A DNA stretch of 32,460 bases, taken from positions 13,843,459-13,875,918 of the forward strand of contig NC_068987.1 of the NCBI RefSeq assembly GCF_001194135.2, given 5' to 3'. How positions within the stretch are numbered: position 1 is the stretch's first letter; each line of letters opens with the position of its first letter. Below are positions 32,313 through 32,460 of this stretch, one piece after another. The notes beneath the pieces were generated by a model. The model did not search any database and was not told where the DNA came from. It saw nothing but the letters and a program-made list of their open reading frames with translations. Made by a program: the position numbers and the translations under genes. This DNA comes from Octopus bimaculoides. Taxonomy: Eukaryota.

Positions 32313-32325
32313 ATTAGTAATTTTC

Positions 32326-32460
32326 CTTAGAAAGGCGGTGAATTGACAGAATCATTACTGCACCAGGCAAAATGCATCGTGGCATTTCATCCGCCTTTAC
32401 TTTTTAAGTTCAAATGCCACCAATGTGGACTTAACCTTTCATCGTTTCAGTGTCAGTTAA
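32326..32460 (+). mobile_element. 5' part of the same SINE family, running off the window end
   Basis: 'aaggcggtgaattgacagaatc...aagttcaaatgcc...acctttcatcgtttc'. Confidence 0.6.

Overview
AT-rich, repeat-dense animal genomic DNA with 7 N-gaps. The repeat families look like those of Octopus (inference from remembered OR2-like CORE-SINEs and RTE LINE ends). Two genes sit head-to-head. On the minus strand is a complete SIKE-family/FGFR1OP2 homolog (STRIPAK subunit) with 3 coding exons (8092-7958, 5625-5374, 1459-1211; 211 aa). On the plus strand is the first coding exon of C2CD5 (31992-32081). Their probable non-coding first exons end at splice donors only ~195 bp apart (25889 minus, 26086 plus), in the middle of a ~5 kb CpG-retaining domain, which points to a very compact bidirectional promoter. 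The introns hold several tRNA-headed SINE families, RTE-clade LINE fossils of at least two lineages, a decayed hAT transposase nested in a SINE, two TTAA-type MITEs and many microsatellites. Leads worth checking: a young inverted SINE pair (dsRNA/ADAR substrate), inverted repeats around the C2CD5 start exon, a possible nested antisense coding exon, a 226-codon ORF over the promoter, spliced uORFs, and decayed hammerhead- and HDV-like motifs in retroposons. I found no clear-cut new system; the most novel leads are inferences that need RNA or comparative data. Repeat boundaries are approximate and family names come from memory, not database searches.
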